From contig CM052818.1 in the NCBI GenBank assembly GCA_028534125.1, forward strand, positions 39,620,001 to 39,684,000: a stretch of 64,000 bases of DNA, written 5' to 3'. Both the position numbers and the translations under genes were made by a program. This stretch comes from Lama glama. Taxonomy: Eukaryota. This document shows, in pieces, positions 62,706-64,000 of this stretch; within the stretch, counting starts at the first letter, position 1, and every line of letters begins with the position of its first letter. Below the pieces are notes generated by a model. The model was given only the letters and a program-made list of their open reading frames with translations. It had not been told where the DNA came from and searched no databases.

Positions 62706-64000
62706 AAAGAATTTCTTGCAGCTGACAGACTCACATGTAAGTATAACTCTATCAAATGTGTCAACATAAATATGGTTCACACATATCTGGATATTGGAAT
62801 CTGACCAGAACATTGCACATTTAGGTAACCTCTCTCTGTTATTTGCTAGTAAGGAAACTGCATGCATGTAAGTTTCTTTTCAGGCTTGGAGAATCAAAGG
62901 TAAATTGATGGAATATGTGGTTGTACCGCTTTTTTTTTAATTGAACTTTCACAGTTACAGATATGTAAGTGTCTGCACCCCTTAATGCCTCCAATCCCCT
63001 CTCCACCTACTGCCAACAAATGCAGACTTCTAAAGGAGACTTCTATGGTGTCCCCTGAGCCCTGGGGTTTGTGGTGCTGATCTGGTGAAAAGAGGACTGA
63101 AATAAGCCTCAGAACTGAATTGACTTATCTTATAGAAAAGCCAGAGGAAAGGCAGAGATCTAGAAATATGGAAGGAAGGTGAGAGCCATTGAGAGTTGAG
63201 AGTTTTTGGAACATTTGGGGCAGTTCTGAGATAGTGAGAAAAGGGATTTTGTGAAGACTGCTGTGCAATGATGAGTGAAATTTGGAAAGAGAATTATTTA
63301 AAGTAAATTTTGAAGGCTTTTTCCCCAGGACACTGTGCATTGCCACCCTCTTTGCCATTTTCTCAGACTTCAAGAAATAAAGTTTTTTGCAGTTTCTCTT
63401 GAATGCCAGTCTTAAATCTCTTCCAAATTTAATTGTACGTTGAGCTGGAACACTAGATGACTCAGCTTTATGTGGGTTACACAAAGATAATTTTAAAATG
63501 ACTGTTATAAGAATTTTAACATATACTGAACAGACAACAAGTTATATTTTCAGTTATGAAAAGATTCTGACATATTTTGTTGAGAATAATGTGGTAAAAT
63601 GAGAAAAAAAGAAATGTACAAGACATATATGAATCTGCCTATATCTTCATAGCAAAATGTGGAATGACAGAAGCGTGAGAAAAAGCCAGAAACTCAGGTC
63701 CATTGAGAAGATCCTCATCGTAGTGCAGACCCTCCACGCAAGCCATCAGGCACCTTTCCTGCTGCCCTGCGTCTTTAGCTGTCTAAAGGGAGTCCTCAAC
63801 CCACTGTCTGTTCCAGCTTCTGCAATTGTTGGGATCATCTGTTCATATTCCCTCATTTCATACAGAGAACACTCAGGCACAAACAGGCTTTGAATGACTG
63901 ACTCAAGGTCCAATAATAAATTAAGGGTATCTGACCCTGCAGTTCAGTGTTCTTGGGGCCACGTCATGCTTTCCTGCAAAGTATCCTCATAAAGATCCAC

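Noticed and set aside
58..63893. ORF track as genes (e.g. 20002-20490, 26361-26831, 37055-37525, 14707-15123)
   Set aside because: All are 162 aa or shorter, many start at non-ATG codons, and none shows a recognisable domain except transposon remnants; several lie in repeats or low-complexity DNA
1..64000. tRNA, rRNA, snRNA, CRISPR or prokaryote-type systems
   Set aside because: None recognised; the sequence is clearly mammalian repeat-rich DNA

Overview
Mammalian non-coding DNA (intergenic or a very large intron). I recognise no intact protein-coding gene, RNA gene or CpG-island promoter; the ORF track is chance ORFs and decayed transposon frames. About half the window is old eutherian repeats: MIR, L2, L3/CR1, L1M-type and HAL1 LINEs, MLT1 and LTR33 solo LTRs, and MER3/MER5/MER58A/MER103/MER104 DNA elements. 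Younger L1 3' ends of cetartiodactyl and camelid type, with no ruminant, pig, cetacean, primate or rodent SINEs seen, suggest a camelid genome (inference). The most notable element is a ~2 kb hAT transposase fossil at ~28.75-30.8 kb whose decayed frames follow FAM200A/FAM200B (Charlie9-like) almost end to end. Several repeat-free blocks rich in homeodomain/PBX-HOX/SOX/POU motifs (1-450, 41.3-41.9 kb, 61.45-62.1 kb and others) look like conserved developmental enhancers. All family names come from recalled consensus sequences, not database searches, and boundaries are approximate. I found no convincing novel gene system.
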